Assembly (NCBI GenBank): GCA_031835245.2 | Contig: JAVKOQ020000063.1 | Coordinates: 124,001-188,000 of the forward strand | Length of the DNA: 64,000 nucleotides | Origin: Balamuthia mandrillaris | Lineage: Eukaryota | Reading direction: 5' to 3' | Part shown: in pieces, positions 54,701-64,000 of the stretch | Layout of the letters: the number at the start of each line of letters is the position of its first letter | Numbering within the stretch: the stretch's first letter is position 1 | The notes under the pieces: model-generated | Database searches by the model: none | Told to the model about the DNA's origin: nothing | The model's input: only the letters and a program-made list of their open reading frames with translations | Translations under genes and position numbers: made by a program

Positions 54701-55711
54701 AAGAAGGAAGAAGGAAGACCGAAGAAGGAAGAAGGAAGAAGGAAGAACGAAGAACGAAGAAGGAAGAAGGAAGAAGGAAGAAGGAAGAAGGAAGAAGGAA
54801 GAAGGAAGAACGAAGAAGGAAGAAGGAAGAAGGAAGAAGGAAGAACGAAGAACGAAGAAGGAAGAAGGAAGAAGGAAGAACGAAGAACGAAGAAGGAAGA
54901 ACGAAGAACGAAGAAGGAAGAACGAAGAAGGAAGAACGAAGAACAAGAACCAGAACAAGAAGAACGAAGCAGAAAAGGCACGACGAATATCAAAGAGAGA
55001 GAGAGAGAGAGAGAGAGAACAAAAGCAAGACAAAACGTTACCGCGTCTACATTCACATTCTTCTCCACAGAGACCTGCCAAAACGCTCCGCATGCATTCC
55101 TCTCCGCCCACTCCTCCGCCTCCTCCCTGCTCACCTCCCTCCCACCTCTCTCCCCTCCCTCCCCATCCCCTTCAAAGTTCCCCACCAGGAAGACGGGCAT
55201 GCAGAAGCCGTCCACCTGCAGGCTCTCCAGCAGCAGGGCCTTCAGCCGCTCCAACGCCAGAAAGGAGGAGCGGAGGGCGGCGTCGAAGAAGAGCAGGAGG
55301 CCGTCGGCGCGCTGCACGTGGGAGGGGCGATAGGGCTTGGCCTGCGGGGTGCTGAAATCCAGGATGGTGACGTTCTTCTTCTTTTGCTCTTTGCTGCTGT
55401 CCATCGAAACGACGCACCTGGGTGTTTATTTTATTTTTTTTAAACGAAGTAGCAGGCAGGCAAACGGAACAAGAACAAAGGCAAAACAGACTGAAGGGGG
55501 GAAAAAAAAGGACATACGTGATCGTTTCGATGGCTTCCAACTGGGAACGAACCTTTAAAATAAATAAAGTCAACAAATAAAGAATAGATTAGAGAGGACT
55601 ACAGGGAAAAAAAAAAGGTACCGCGCCAGGATATCGTTGCACAAAGCGGCTCACAAAACGTTGTGGAGACGAGGAAGGAAGCTCCTCACACAGGAGCGCT
55701 ATAACCACCAT
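51741..55711 (-). CDS. Degenerate Ras-like domain + Ser/Pro-rich linker + SAM + tyrosine kinase
   Basis: Kinase motifs LGGGAFGDV, VAVK, HRDLAARN, DFG, FPVKWSAPE, SDIWSFG, CW…RPSF. SAM LNEQDLEKMGIAAMGHRKKLL. Ras-fold remnants ADGLLLFFD…SF, PVFLVGN, REVSREEA…WA, VS…NVNVDAVF. Confidence 0.85.
54690..54970. repeat. Intronic heptamer repeat (GAAGAAG/GAAGAAC)
   Basis: Array lies between GT and AG of a kinase-gene intron. Confidence 0.9.
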
Positions 55712-56118
55712 CTCCCCTCTCTCTCTCTCCTTTCTTTCTTTTTCCTTCGCCTATTTTCATTGCATCTTTATCCAAATTTAATCTCCGCTGGCTGTCGAAT
55801 ATATCGAATAGATTATCGGGTCCACTATTTCTTGTCGATGTGGATATGCAGTGGAGACCAACGAACATTCCGAATTTTTCGATAACAGAGACAATTTATT
55901 GGGAAAGTGATTATTTTAATGCCCGAATTCAATTATCAATTGTTTTCTTTATTTTTGTCGACGCTGAGATGAAGTGGAGCAAAACGATTATTTCGACTTT
56001 GTCGATAATAATCCGTAATTGTTGCCCTGCGCAAACCAACCATTCGTAAGTTAACTTATTCGTAACTTAACTTTCTGCTTCTTTCTACTTCTTTGTGTTG
56101 GCAAAGAATTTAGGTGAA

Positions 56119-56973
56119 ATGGAAGCAAGCAGAGGCAAGCAGGCCTACAGCGGGGCAGGCATCCTGCCCTTTGCCTTCAAAGACGGCGAGGCATGGTTCC
56201 TCCTCCACAAGAAGCGTGCGGGCAAGAAGGTGGGCTACCTTGTCGACTTTGGAGGCGCGCACGACAAGGAAGGAGACGCAGCCCTCTTGCATGCTTATGC
56301 GTCCTCCTTCACCAGCAAGGCCTCCTCCTCTCTCTTGTTGGAGGAAAGTTTATGCACCGCCGTGCGAGAGTTTTGCGAAGAGACGGCTGGACTGCTTGGA
56401 CCCCAACACCGAGAAGAAGGAGAAGGAGAAGCTGCAACAGCCGTTCGAGTTACCACCAACGAAGAAGCACAAAAGGGAGAACGAACGCAAAGAGCTATAG
56501 CGGCGATGCTGCACGAATTCTCCACAAATCGTCACCACATCCTTGTCGACAATAATTATGCTCCTGACATTCAGCACAACATCTCCTCGTTTTCTGCTGT
56601 GCCACACACAGTCGACACAAATTTTCCTTCAGCTCTTCAACACAATTACTCCTCCAATTGTCCTCAGCCAACCGATGTCGACACGAATTCTTCCCCCAGC
56701 AACGCTGCGCTGGAGACAGCGAAGAAGCTGTGGCGAATGGAAGGAATGCAGAGGGGATACGTGCTTTACGTGACGGAAATAGAACCTTTCGTCGAAGCGG
56801 AGGAGTTGAACAAAAGGTTTGGCGAGTGCTGTGTGGATAGACAGTGCGAGTTTTTGTGGGTGCCGTTGCGGGACCTGTTGGACAACAAGACGGAGCAACC
56901 TTTGTTCCCTCGCGTGGCGTTTTATGAAAAGAAGTTGAAGCAAGTATTGCTGGAGATATACGAGCTGCAATAG
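56119..56973 (+). CDS. Intronless Nudix hydrolase
   Basis: GAGILPF…WFLL…DFGG…TAVREFCEET Nudix box with an inserted loop; C-terminal CEFLWVPL. Confidence 0.82.
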   Translation: MEASRGKQAYSGAGILPFAFKDGEAWFLLHKKRAGKKVGYLVDFGGAHDKEGDAALLHAYASSFTSKASSSLLLEESLCTAVREFCEETAGLLGPQHREEGEGEAATAVRVTTNEEAQKGERTQRAIAAMLHEFSTNRHHILVDNNYAPDIQHNISSFSAVPHTVDTNFPSALQHNYSSNCPQPTDVDTNSSPSNAALETAKKLWRMEGMQRGYVLYVTEIEPFVEAEELNKRFGECCVDRQCEFLWVPLRDLLDNKTEQPLFPRVAFYEKKLKQVLLEIYELQ

Positions 56974-57227
56974 ACACTACAAGGCTCTTAGGACAGGTCA
57001 CACACAAGACGTAATGCGAACAAACTTGAAATATACGCTCATTCATTTTCATTTGGTCCATGTGCGAAAGCACGAACATTATAAATGGGATAAAAAGGAG
57101 ATCAACAGGAATTAAATGGGTTGCCTGAGTTAAATGGACATGCCGAAATTAACGGGCGATAACCCAAAAAGAAAGCCAACAATCAAGCAGAGCAATAAGC
57201 TTTTCCTCGGGACAAAAACTGTGAAAG

Positions 57228-58701
57228 ATGGGGGTTAAAAGCCTCCTCTGCGTCTTCTTTCTCTTCCTTCTAACCGCTTCCTTTTCGCTCTCCAAGAAGC
57301 CAAGCGCTTCTTCCTCCTCCTCCCCCGCCTCCGAACTCGTCTCACTCGCTTGCAGCGACCTGCGACAGCATCTAGCCTCGTCCAACTCTCTGGGCTCCGT
57401 CCCTCTTACGGAACGCCTTTCCCTCAACACCTCCACTCTCGGTCTGGCCTTCTCCCCCTCCTCTTCCAACCTTCCAAAAGTGGGCGTGCTCTTGCGATCC
57501 AATTCCTCTTCCCTCTTTATGCGTCTAAAGCTGGAATGGATCGCGGAGTTGAACATGAACTTTTCGCAGTGGAACCTTCTTCCTCTTGACCTGCAAGAGG
57601 CACAACTGCTCAGCAAAATGGGGGAGGGCCAGGCCGTGTCTTCAGAGTGGAGCCGGGCTGAGGGGGTGCAAACTCCGAACGGCTTCCCTATGTTCGCTCG
57701 CATAGAAAATAGAGTTCTGTTCGAGAATGCGGCCAACCTGACCGTCACTTGGGATGCTTACGAGGAGCCTGAAAGGTTTTTGGTTCTCGGAGAGGAGGCG
57801 ACGCTCTCGCCTGGCGGGTTGAAGTTCACGACGAAGGTCGAGGGATGGAATTGGCAGTACATGGATTCGCTTTTGGTGATGAGGCTTGAAGTGACACATG
57901 GAGTTTCCTCGTATTCTCTTGTATTTGACAATAGTTACTTTCTCCTCCTCCCCTTCTCTGCTCTCTTCGAGCTGCCCCGCCCTTTTTTCACCCAGCCTGA
58001 CTTGCTTTACTTTCCTCGGGAACAGGAACAGGATTATTGGCTCAGGTAAATATAGCAGGCCAAGGGGAATTAGACTTTCTTCACCGCCACTGTTCTGACG
58101 GAGAGGCTAAGGTGATCTCTGGGTCAATCGTCAAACTTGCCAGCACAGCAGGCGTTTTATACGTTGACTTAGCCTTTCCTCGTTTTTCAGATTCTCTCAT
58201 GTAAGTTCACCTTTGTCACCTGATTATGCAATCGCCTTTTGTTGTTATTCTTGATGTTACCTTTGTTTTATGTTCTTCTTCTTGTTCTTCCCGTTCTCGT
58301 TCTCGTGCTTGTTCTTTCATGTTCTTGTTCTTGTGCTTCTTCTTCTTCTTCTTGTTCTTCTGCTGTTTTTTTGTTGGCCAGTATCTTACTATCAACCCTC
58401 CATCAAAAGATACGATCCAGACCTTGGAATAGTATTTGACTTTGGTGGGGATGGTGACGGTGACGGCGAAGATGGCGAGGATGGCTACACGGATGGCTAT
58501 ACCGATGGAGAAGACGGTGATGATGGAACGAATGACAGAGAGGACAAGGATGGAGAGGACGACGTCCTACCTTTGGCTCTTGGCCTCATTTTCGGTTTGC
58601 TCTTTGGGGTGGTCTTGTTGTTGGGCGGAGTGGTGTCGTTCTTGTGGTATAGGAGGTGGACTTCGAAACGAATAAACCACCAAAATGTTGTGACCTTTTG
58701 A
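57228..58701 (+). CDS. Type I membrane protein, amoebozoan beta-sandwich-like ectodomain, D/G-rich stalk
   Basis: Signal peptide; LKFTTKVEGWNW…LAFPRF…YDPDLGI motifs; acidic stalk; TM LALGLIFGLLFGVVLLLGGVVSFLW; short basic tail. Confidence 0.75.
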
Positions 58702-58940
58702 ACAGGCCCAACAAGTCCTTTAGTTTCGATTTCTGTCTATGATATCGACAAAAATACTGATTTGCGTCGACAAAAAAGGATGACAAACATTTGGAGCTTG
58801 CAGTTCGACTCTGACTCGAATCATCCATTTTTTTGATGTTGCACGTTGAGTCCCCAGTTCGACTCCCAACCGCTCCACACTTCTTTTTTTTTTATTTAGA
58901 AAAAAATTTCTGATTTGAACAAAAGAAAAAAAGAGTGACC

Positions 58941-59681
58941 ATGATGATGAGTGAAACGACCGCCCACCACCACCACCACCACGCGGAGAGCTCCGCTGTT
59001 TTGCCGTGGCCCTTGCACGTGTTGCCGTACGACGCGTGCTTGCACGTCTTCGCCTACCTCAACGCAGAGGAATTGCTCGCAGCACGTTTGGTTTGCTCCT
59101 TGTGGAAATCGATTGCTGATGACGGTTTGATTTTTGTGTGTTGAGTGTGAGAGAGAGAGAAGAGAGAGTGAGACGTGCAAGGCATGACCTTTTCGTTTGC
59201 TGCTCTTTTTTTTTTAAAAAGGACACGTTTGGAAACAACAATGCGCAGAGCCGCCTTCCGTCATGGCAAAACCGCCAAAGCGTCACTTGCCGCGCTTCTT
59301 CACGAATGTTTTGAAAACGAGCCACTGGAAGGAGTTATACAAAGAACTAGGTTTGTTCTTTCTTTTTTTTTTTTTTTTGAAGAGATAGAGAAGAGAGAGC
59401 GAGATACAGATAAAAAGAAAGAGAACCCGAGAAGTGCTGTCTCTCGTTCTGTTGTTCTTGTTCTTGTTGTTCTTCTTCTTCTTCTTGTTCTTCTTCTTGT
59501 TCTTCTTCTTCTTCTTCTTCTTCTTCTTGTTCTTGTTCTTCTTCTTCTTCTTCTTCTTCTTCTTCTTCTTCTTCTTCTTCTTCTTCTTCTTCTTCTTCTT
59601 CTTCTTCTTCTTCTTCTTCTTCTTCTTCTTCTACTGCTTCTTCTTCTCTTCGCCGCTTGTTTTGCTTCTGCTTGTTCTTCT

Positions 59682-59715
<34 letters not shown>

Positions 59716-60098
59716 GTGTCGCTTCCTCCGTCCTTCTGCTCTGTTCTCTTTCTTTCTTCCCTCGTTCCCTCTTTGCTCGATCTTATATTGTGCTTATAAT
59801 CTGTTTATTAGCTACCATTTCTAAAGACGATGCGTCTTTGGATAACTTTTGTCCGCTGCTAGCGGAAGGGCTCGAGGCCTCTTCTACCGATCACCCCACA
59901 CAAAGTATTGCACAAACGTTGGACCGGTGCGTTTCTTCTTTCTCCTTGCCGTGCTTTTTTGCATTATGCTAATCATTTTCGGGAGCACAGGAGAACGCAA
60001 ACGTTTTGGTCATCCAAAGGTTCTGCTGATATGGAAAGCAGCGAATTTCTTGTATACAGGTTTGCGTATCGCCTGAAATGGCGCCAACGTTGATACAC

Positions 60099-60154
<56 letters not shown>

Positions 60155-60340
60155 TTCTTTAAGAGCATTTTTGCTGAATTCTTCTGTAACAATGCATCTT
60201 TCAGATTGTTGCAGCCTATCTGTATCATTCGTGCCATTGATATCATTGTGTATCGTGCCGGCTATCAAATCGGGTTCGTTATTCTGTTCTCTCTTCTCTG
60301 TTTTCTTTTCCCATCTTTCTCTTGTCTTCTCCGTTGTTCG

Positions 60341-60378
<38 letters not shown>

Positions 60379-62312
60379 ATTTGCTGGGTTCGCTGACTAA
60401 AACCGACCTAAACAACAACAAAAACAAAGAATTCCAATGTATCCTCCGCAGAGCCTGCAGATATCAGTTGGGTTTGGTCCGAGACCGGAAGATATGCACT
60501 ATCGATCGCCTATATTTCCTGTCAAAAATACTTCAGGTACGTTATTTCTGCTTTTTCATTTCTTTTATTTCTCACTCTCCCTCTCTGTTCTATTCTTCTT
60601 CCTGCCTTTTTTGGGACTACTCTCATTCTTTTCTTGCTTTCTAAACAGAACCACAACATTTTCCACTCGAGCCAGAACTTGTATTCGGAGCTTATGTTCG
60701 CATTGTACGTTCGAGTGAATAGATTTTTATGAAAGTGTCACTGTTTGCTGATCTCCTCCTTTATTTTTTTTAAAGGATCTCTATGGCAGAGTTCAAACGC
60801 AGCCTGATGATGATCTATTTTATACAGTTCTCCAAGAAGTTAAAGCATCTGGAATTCCTTTTGGTACCATTTGTCATCTTTTTGATTTTGTTCTTTTTAT
60901 TGTTGTTTTTGTCATTGGTTTTTATTCGGGTCTTTCTAACGCAACTGAATTCATGGAAGGTCTTTTACATGAGAAGCAGATTCTTTGCAAGTCACTTATT
61001 CGTTTTGCGATAGCCCAAGAAAGTTTTCTTTCCAACTTATTGCATCCTCCACAACCGAAAACAGACTTTACCAAAGAAGCTATGGAAGCTGAGGATTACG
61101 AATCTGAAGAAGAGGAAGAAGAAGCAGAAGCAGAAGAAGAGATTGAGACAGAAGTTGAAGAGGAGGAACAAGATGAAGGATTAGAAGACGAAATGGAGTT
61201 ACCGAAAAATAAGGTGGAAGTAAGAAAAGAAATACCGAAAGACACTTTGCAGCAGATGTTGTCCAAGATTGCTGCTGCGTTCGTGGCTTCTAACGACGTA
61301 CATTCTTTTTCCGAACAACTCAGGTAACTTTTTTCTTGCTTTATTCCTTTTCTTCTTTCTTTGTCTTCTTTCGTGCTGCTAACACAAACCTCCCTATGCA
61401 AGCGATGTACTTCAAAGCCAACTGACTCCGTTGGTGGGCGCAGCATTTCAAGTCAAGAAGCGACAGCACCAATTTTTATCGCTACTGGAACAATTGCAAC
61501 TGAACGAGGCCAAACTACTCTACTTTTGTGCTAAGCCGGTTTGTACTTTTTCTGTTCAATCTTCTCATTGTTCTCTCACAACCTTTATCGTTCTTCTACT
61601 CTGTCTTATGTACCACTTGTTTAGAATGAACCATTACGTTCTACCGAAACTTTGGAAAACTTGAGAAAGTTGGGAGGCATAGAGTGGTTCACGCGCTTCC
61701 TCTTCGACCTTTTCCGACTTTCTCGATACAAGCTCAATCGACACGAAAGCGCTGCTCTTGTTGAAATCACCACGAACAAAGTCGATAAAAGAGAAGAGGC
61801 GGAGAACTTGACTCGACAATTGATCTATTCCCAAAAGGTTTGATTTTTTGGATTATTTATTTTCTTTGTCATGTTTACAATTTGCGAGCATCAATCCATT
61901 TCGTTCTCGCTCTTCTTCTCACTGTTCCTCTGCTCTCTGCGTTTCTCGTTCTCTATGCTTTTTAATTCATAATAGCTTACTTGCACGGAGGAGCTTGGAG
62001 ATTTTTTAGCAGACCGTGGTTTTATTGGCTTGGCTGCGGATGTTTATGTCCTTGCTCACGTTCACGACAAGGTAGTACAAGTGCTTTTTATTTTACTTCA
62101 AATTTTTTGTGTTACCATCTGTCTCTATTCCTTCACTTCCTTTGTTTGACGAAACTTTTTTTCCTTCTGTCTTCTCTTCTTTTGCTCTTTCTTCTATTGA
62201 TTTGCAGATATTGAGTAGTTTTGTGCAAGTTGAGGAATTTGAAACGCTGCTTCGATACTGCTCTTTCCGTCGTGACGTCGACTATGCAAAACTCTTGAAG
62301 GTATTTTCTTTA

Positions 62313-62363
<51 letters not shown>

Positions 62364-62718
62364 CTCATCTTCTTGTTTGTACAGTTGGTCAAAGAGAAGT
62401 GTTCCATTGGCAAAGTTTTAGAGTTTGCTTTGTTACTGCTTAGCAGACATTTATTGCCTTCAGACAATGTTTGTACTCTCTTTCTTCTATCTTCTTTTTT
62501 TGTGTTTTTTATAATAATGAAAAACCGCGACAGAGAGAGAGAGAATTCACGCTTTACTTTAGTTTTCTAACAAAAACGAAACAAAGGTTTTGGAAGTATT
62601 GGACATCCAATTGGGAGAAGGGGAATGGAACGTTGTCGAGAAGTTAACTCGTCTCCACCAACAACACACCAACAGCAACAACAATGGTGATGCTGATGAT
62701 AGCAGCAACACTGATTAA
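58941..62718 (+). CDS. F-box + galactose-binding-like domain + clathrin heavy-chain linker-like region
   Basis: F-box LPYDACLHVFAYL…ARLVCSLWKSIA; ASSTD…SI…TL…FWSSKG…LYGRVQ as in plant At4g00755-type F-box proteins; spliced C-terminus LRSTET…LNRHES…KLTCTEELGD…VY…V.DK. Confidence 0.8.
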
Positions 62719-62744
62719 ACACGAACCCGTAATAAATAGATTGC

Positions 62745-62956
62745 TGGCCAGCTTTCCGCTTCAATAAACGGACCGGAGGAAGAAGAACAAGCACTTAAGG
62801 CCAACTTTCCGAAGCCAGCTCAGGGCGAAGGCTTCCTTTTCCCCTCTCACCGAGGGGAGGAGGAGGCTCTAGTTTGTGGGCTTTGTCATACGTTGGGCGA
62901 CCTTTTCTTTATTCACAGAGAGTAAAGGTTGCCTGATCTCGCTTTCGCATCTCTCT

Positions 62957-63009
<53 letters not shown>

Positions 63010-63276
63010 TCTTTGGGAGCTTTGTCTCCTGTGGATGTGCTTGTGTGCGCTCATGTGTCACTCCTCCTTTTTTTTTTTTTTTGGAGGAGGAGGACGACGA
63101 GGCCACATGCTCTCCTTTCGTTCAGCATGCTGCAGGATGCGGAAGGGGTATTTTATTTTTGTTTTTTTTTTTTTGCAAGCACTAATGAAGAAGCACTCTA
63201 CGGTACCATAATCACCAGCGGGCGTGCCGAAGGAAGGGGTTAAAAAAAGGGGAAGAAAAAGAGATGGAAGGAGGAG
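62745..63276 (+). ncRNA. Putative structured non-coding RNA upstream of the tRNA-like element
   Basis: No credible ORF; nested and long-range helices containing G-U pairs on the plus strand (e.g. 62831-62867, 62896-62933, 63037-44/63175-82, 62942-54/63260-71). Confidence 0.5.
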
Positions 63277-63534
63277 GACCCTTTGGTGTAAAGCTTGGCA
63301 TCACGCCCGTCTCCGAGGCGCCGTTCTTTTCTTTAAAAAAAAAACCAAAAAAAAAAATTAAAAAAAAGGAGGAGGCGCCACACGGAAACCGAACAGCTCG
63401 GTGCTCGCCTTCTCTTCTCTCCTCTCCTCTCCTCTCCTCGCGGGGAGGAGGAAGGGAGGAAGGAAGGAGGCGATGTATGCTTTTCGTTTCGGCAAACTTT
63501 GGGGGAGGTCCCAGTTCGACTCTGGGAAGGGTCA
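63277..63534 (+). tRNA. tRNA-Arg(CCG)-like gene interrupted by a ~180-nt structured insert
   Basis: Acceptor GACCCTT/AAGGGTC+A (7 bp); U8; D-arm GTG…GG…CAC; loop CT-CCG-AG; T-arm CCCAG-TTCGACT-CTGGG; TTTT at 63539-63542. Confidence 0.7.
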
Positions 63535-63840
63535 ATCATTTTGGTTCTTCTTAAAAGACTGCTATATATTCTTTATTGTGGTGACATGGTGTGTGCATGC
63601 AGCACCCACCTCAGCAAACCAAAAAGATTCCTTCGTCTTCTCCGCCGATGCTATAACGATTTGATTTTTTGTGGTGAGCACGTGCCTCCGATCATGATCG
63701 AAAAATATCAAACCTCCAATGGAAAATCATATGTTTGTCGACATTTTTCCATTTTTAGGTTCCAATTAATTTTAAAAAAAGAAAGAAAGGCAAAAGAAAA
63801 CCGAACAACAAAACCGAAACGACGACAGTGAAAAACAAAG

Positions 63841-64000
63841 ATGAAGAGGAGGCTTGTGGTGGGGGTTGTGCTGGTTGCAGCGCTGACGCTGCTATATTTC
63901 TTTATGTGGACGCCCACGGCCTCCAGAACCGTCATCGTGATGAAGGGCGCCGTCACCACGATACACTGGCAGCCCCTTCGGCGCGACTGCCAAGGGGAGA
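63841..64000 (+). CDS. 5' end of a probable type II membrane protein (runs off the window)
   Basis: MKRRLVVGVVLVAALTLLYFFMWTP…: basic N-terminus plus signal anchor, open to the window edge, GTCGAC ~100 nt upstream. Confidence 0.65.
   Translation, partial: MKRRLVVGVVLVAALTLLYFFMWTPTASRTVIVMKGAVTTIHWQPLRRDCQGE

Noticed and set aside
56044..56073. Short direct repeat and palindrome ttcgtaagttaactt upstream of the Nudix gene
   Set aside because: Too short and AT-rich to distinguish from slippage, and not seen elsewhere in the window.
62745..63534. Identification of the structured region as telomerase RNA, SRP RNA, RNase P/MRP, an snRNA or a group I intron
   Set aside because: No CUAACCCU-type template, SRP helix-8 motif, P4 consensus, snRNA boxes or P7 elements were visible by eye. 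Left unassigned pending a covariance-model search.

Overview
Gene-dense eukaryotic nuclear DNA with many short GT-AG introns filled with microsatellites. The gene content and intron style suggest a free-living amoebozoan (Balamuthia/Acanthamoeba-like); this is an inference. About 21 protein genes were reconstructed by hand-splicing the ORF fragments: four F-box proteins, a USP9/24/34-type deubiquitinase, two tandem CAP-domain membrane proteins, an Atg38/NRBF2-like MIT protein, an N-formylglutamate amidohydrolase-like enzyme, a telomeric Rap1 (TERF2IP) orthologue with an extra SAP domain, a secreted ~90x YDG[G/E]D-repeat protein, ISD11/LYRM4, NFRKB, a C2 protein, a pseudo-Ras/SAM/tyrosine kinase fusion, an intronless Nudix hydrolase and several unknown membrane proteins. 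A decayed pseudogene block lies between the two CAP genes. The most unusual signal is non-coding (62745-63542): a tRNA-Arg(CCG)-like gene split by a ~180-nt structured insert at a non-canonical position, preceded by ~500 nt of G-U-containing plus-strand helices and a segment complementary to the tRNA 5' half. Promoter regions are marked by repeated GTCGAC palindromes and paired RFX X-boxes. Domain calls come from motif recognition by eye, not database searches. Exon boundaries and RNA folds were derived manually.
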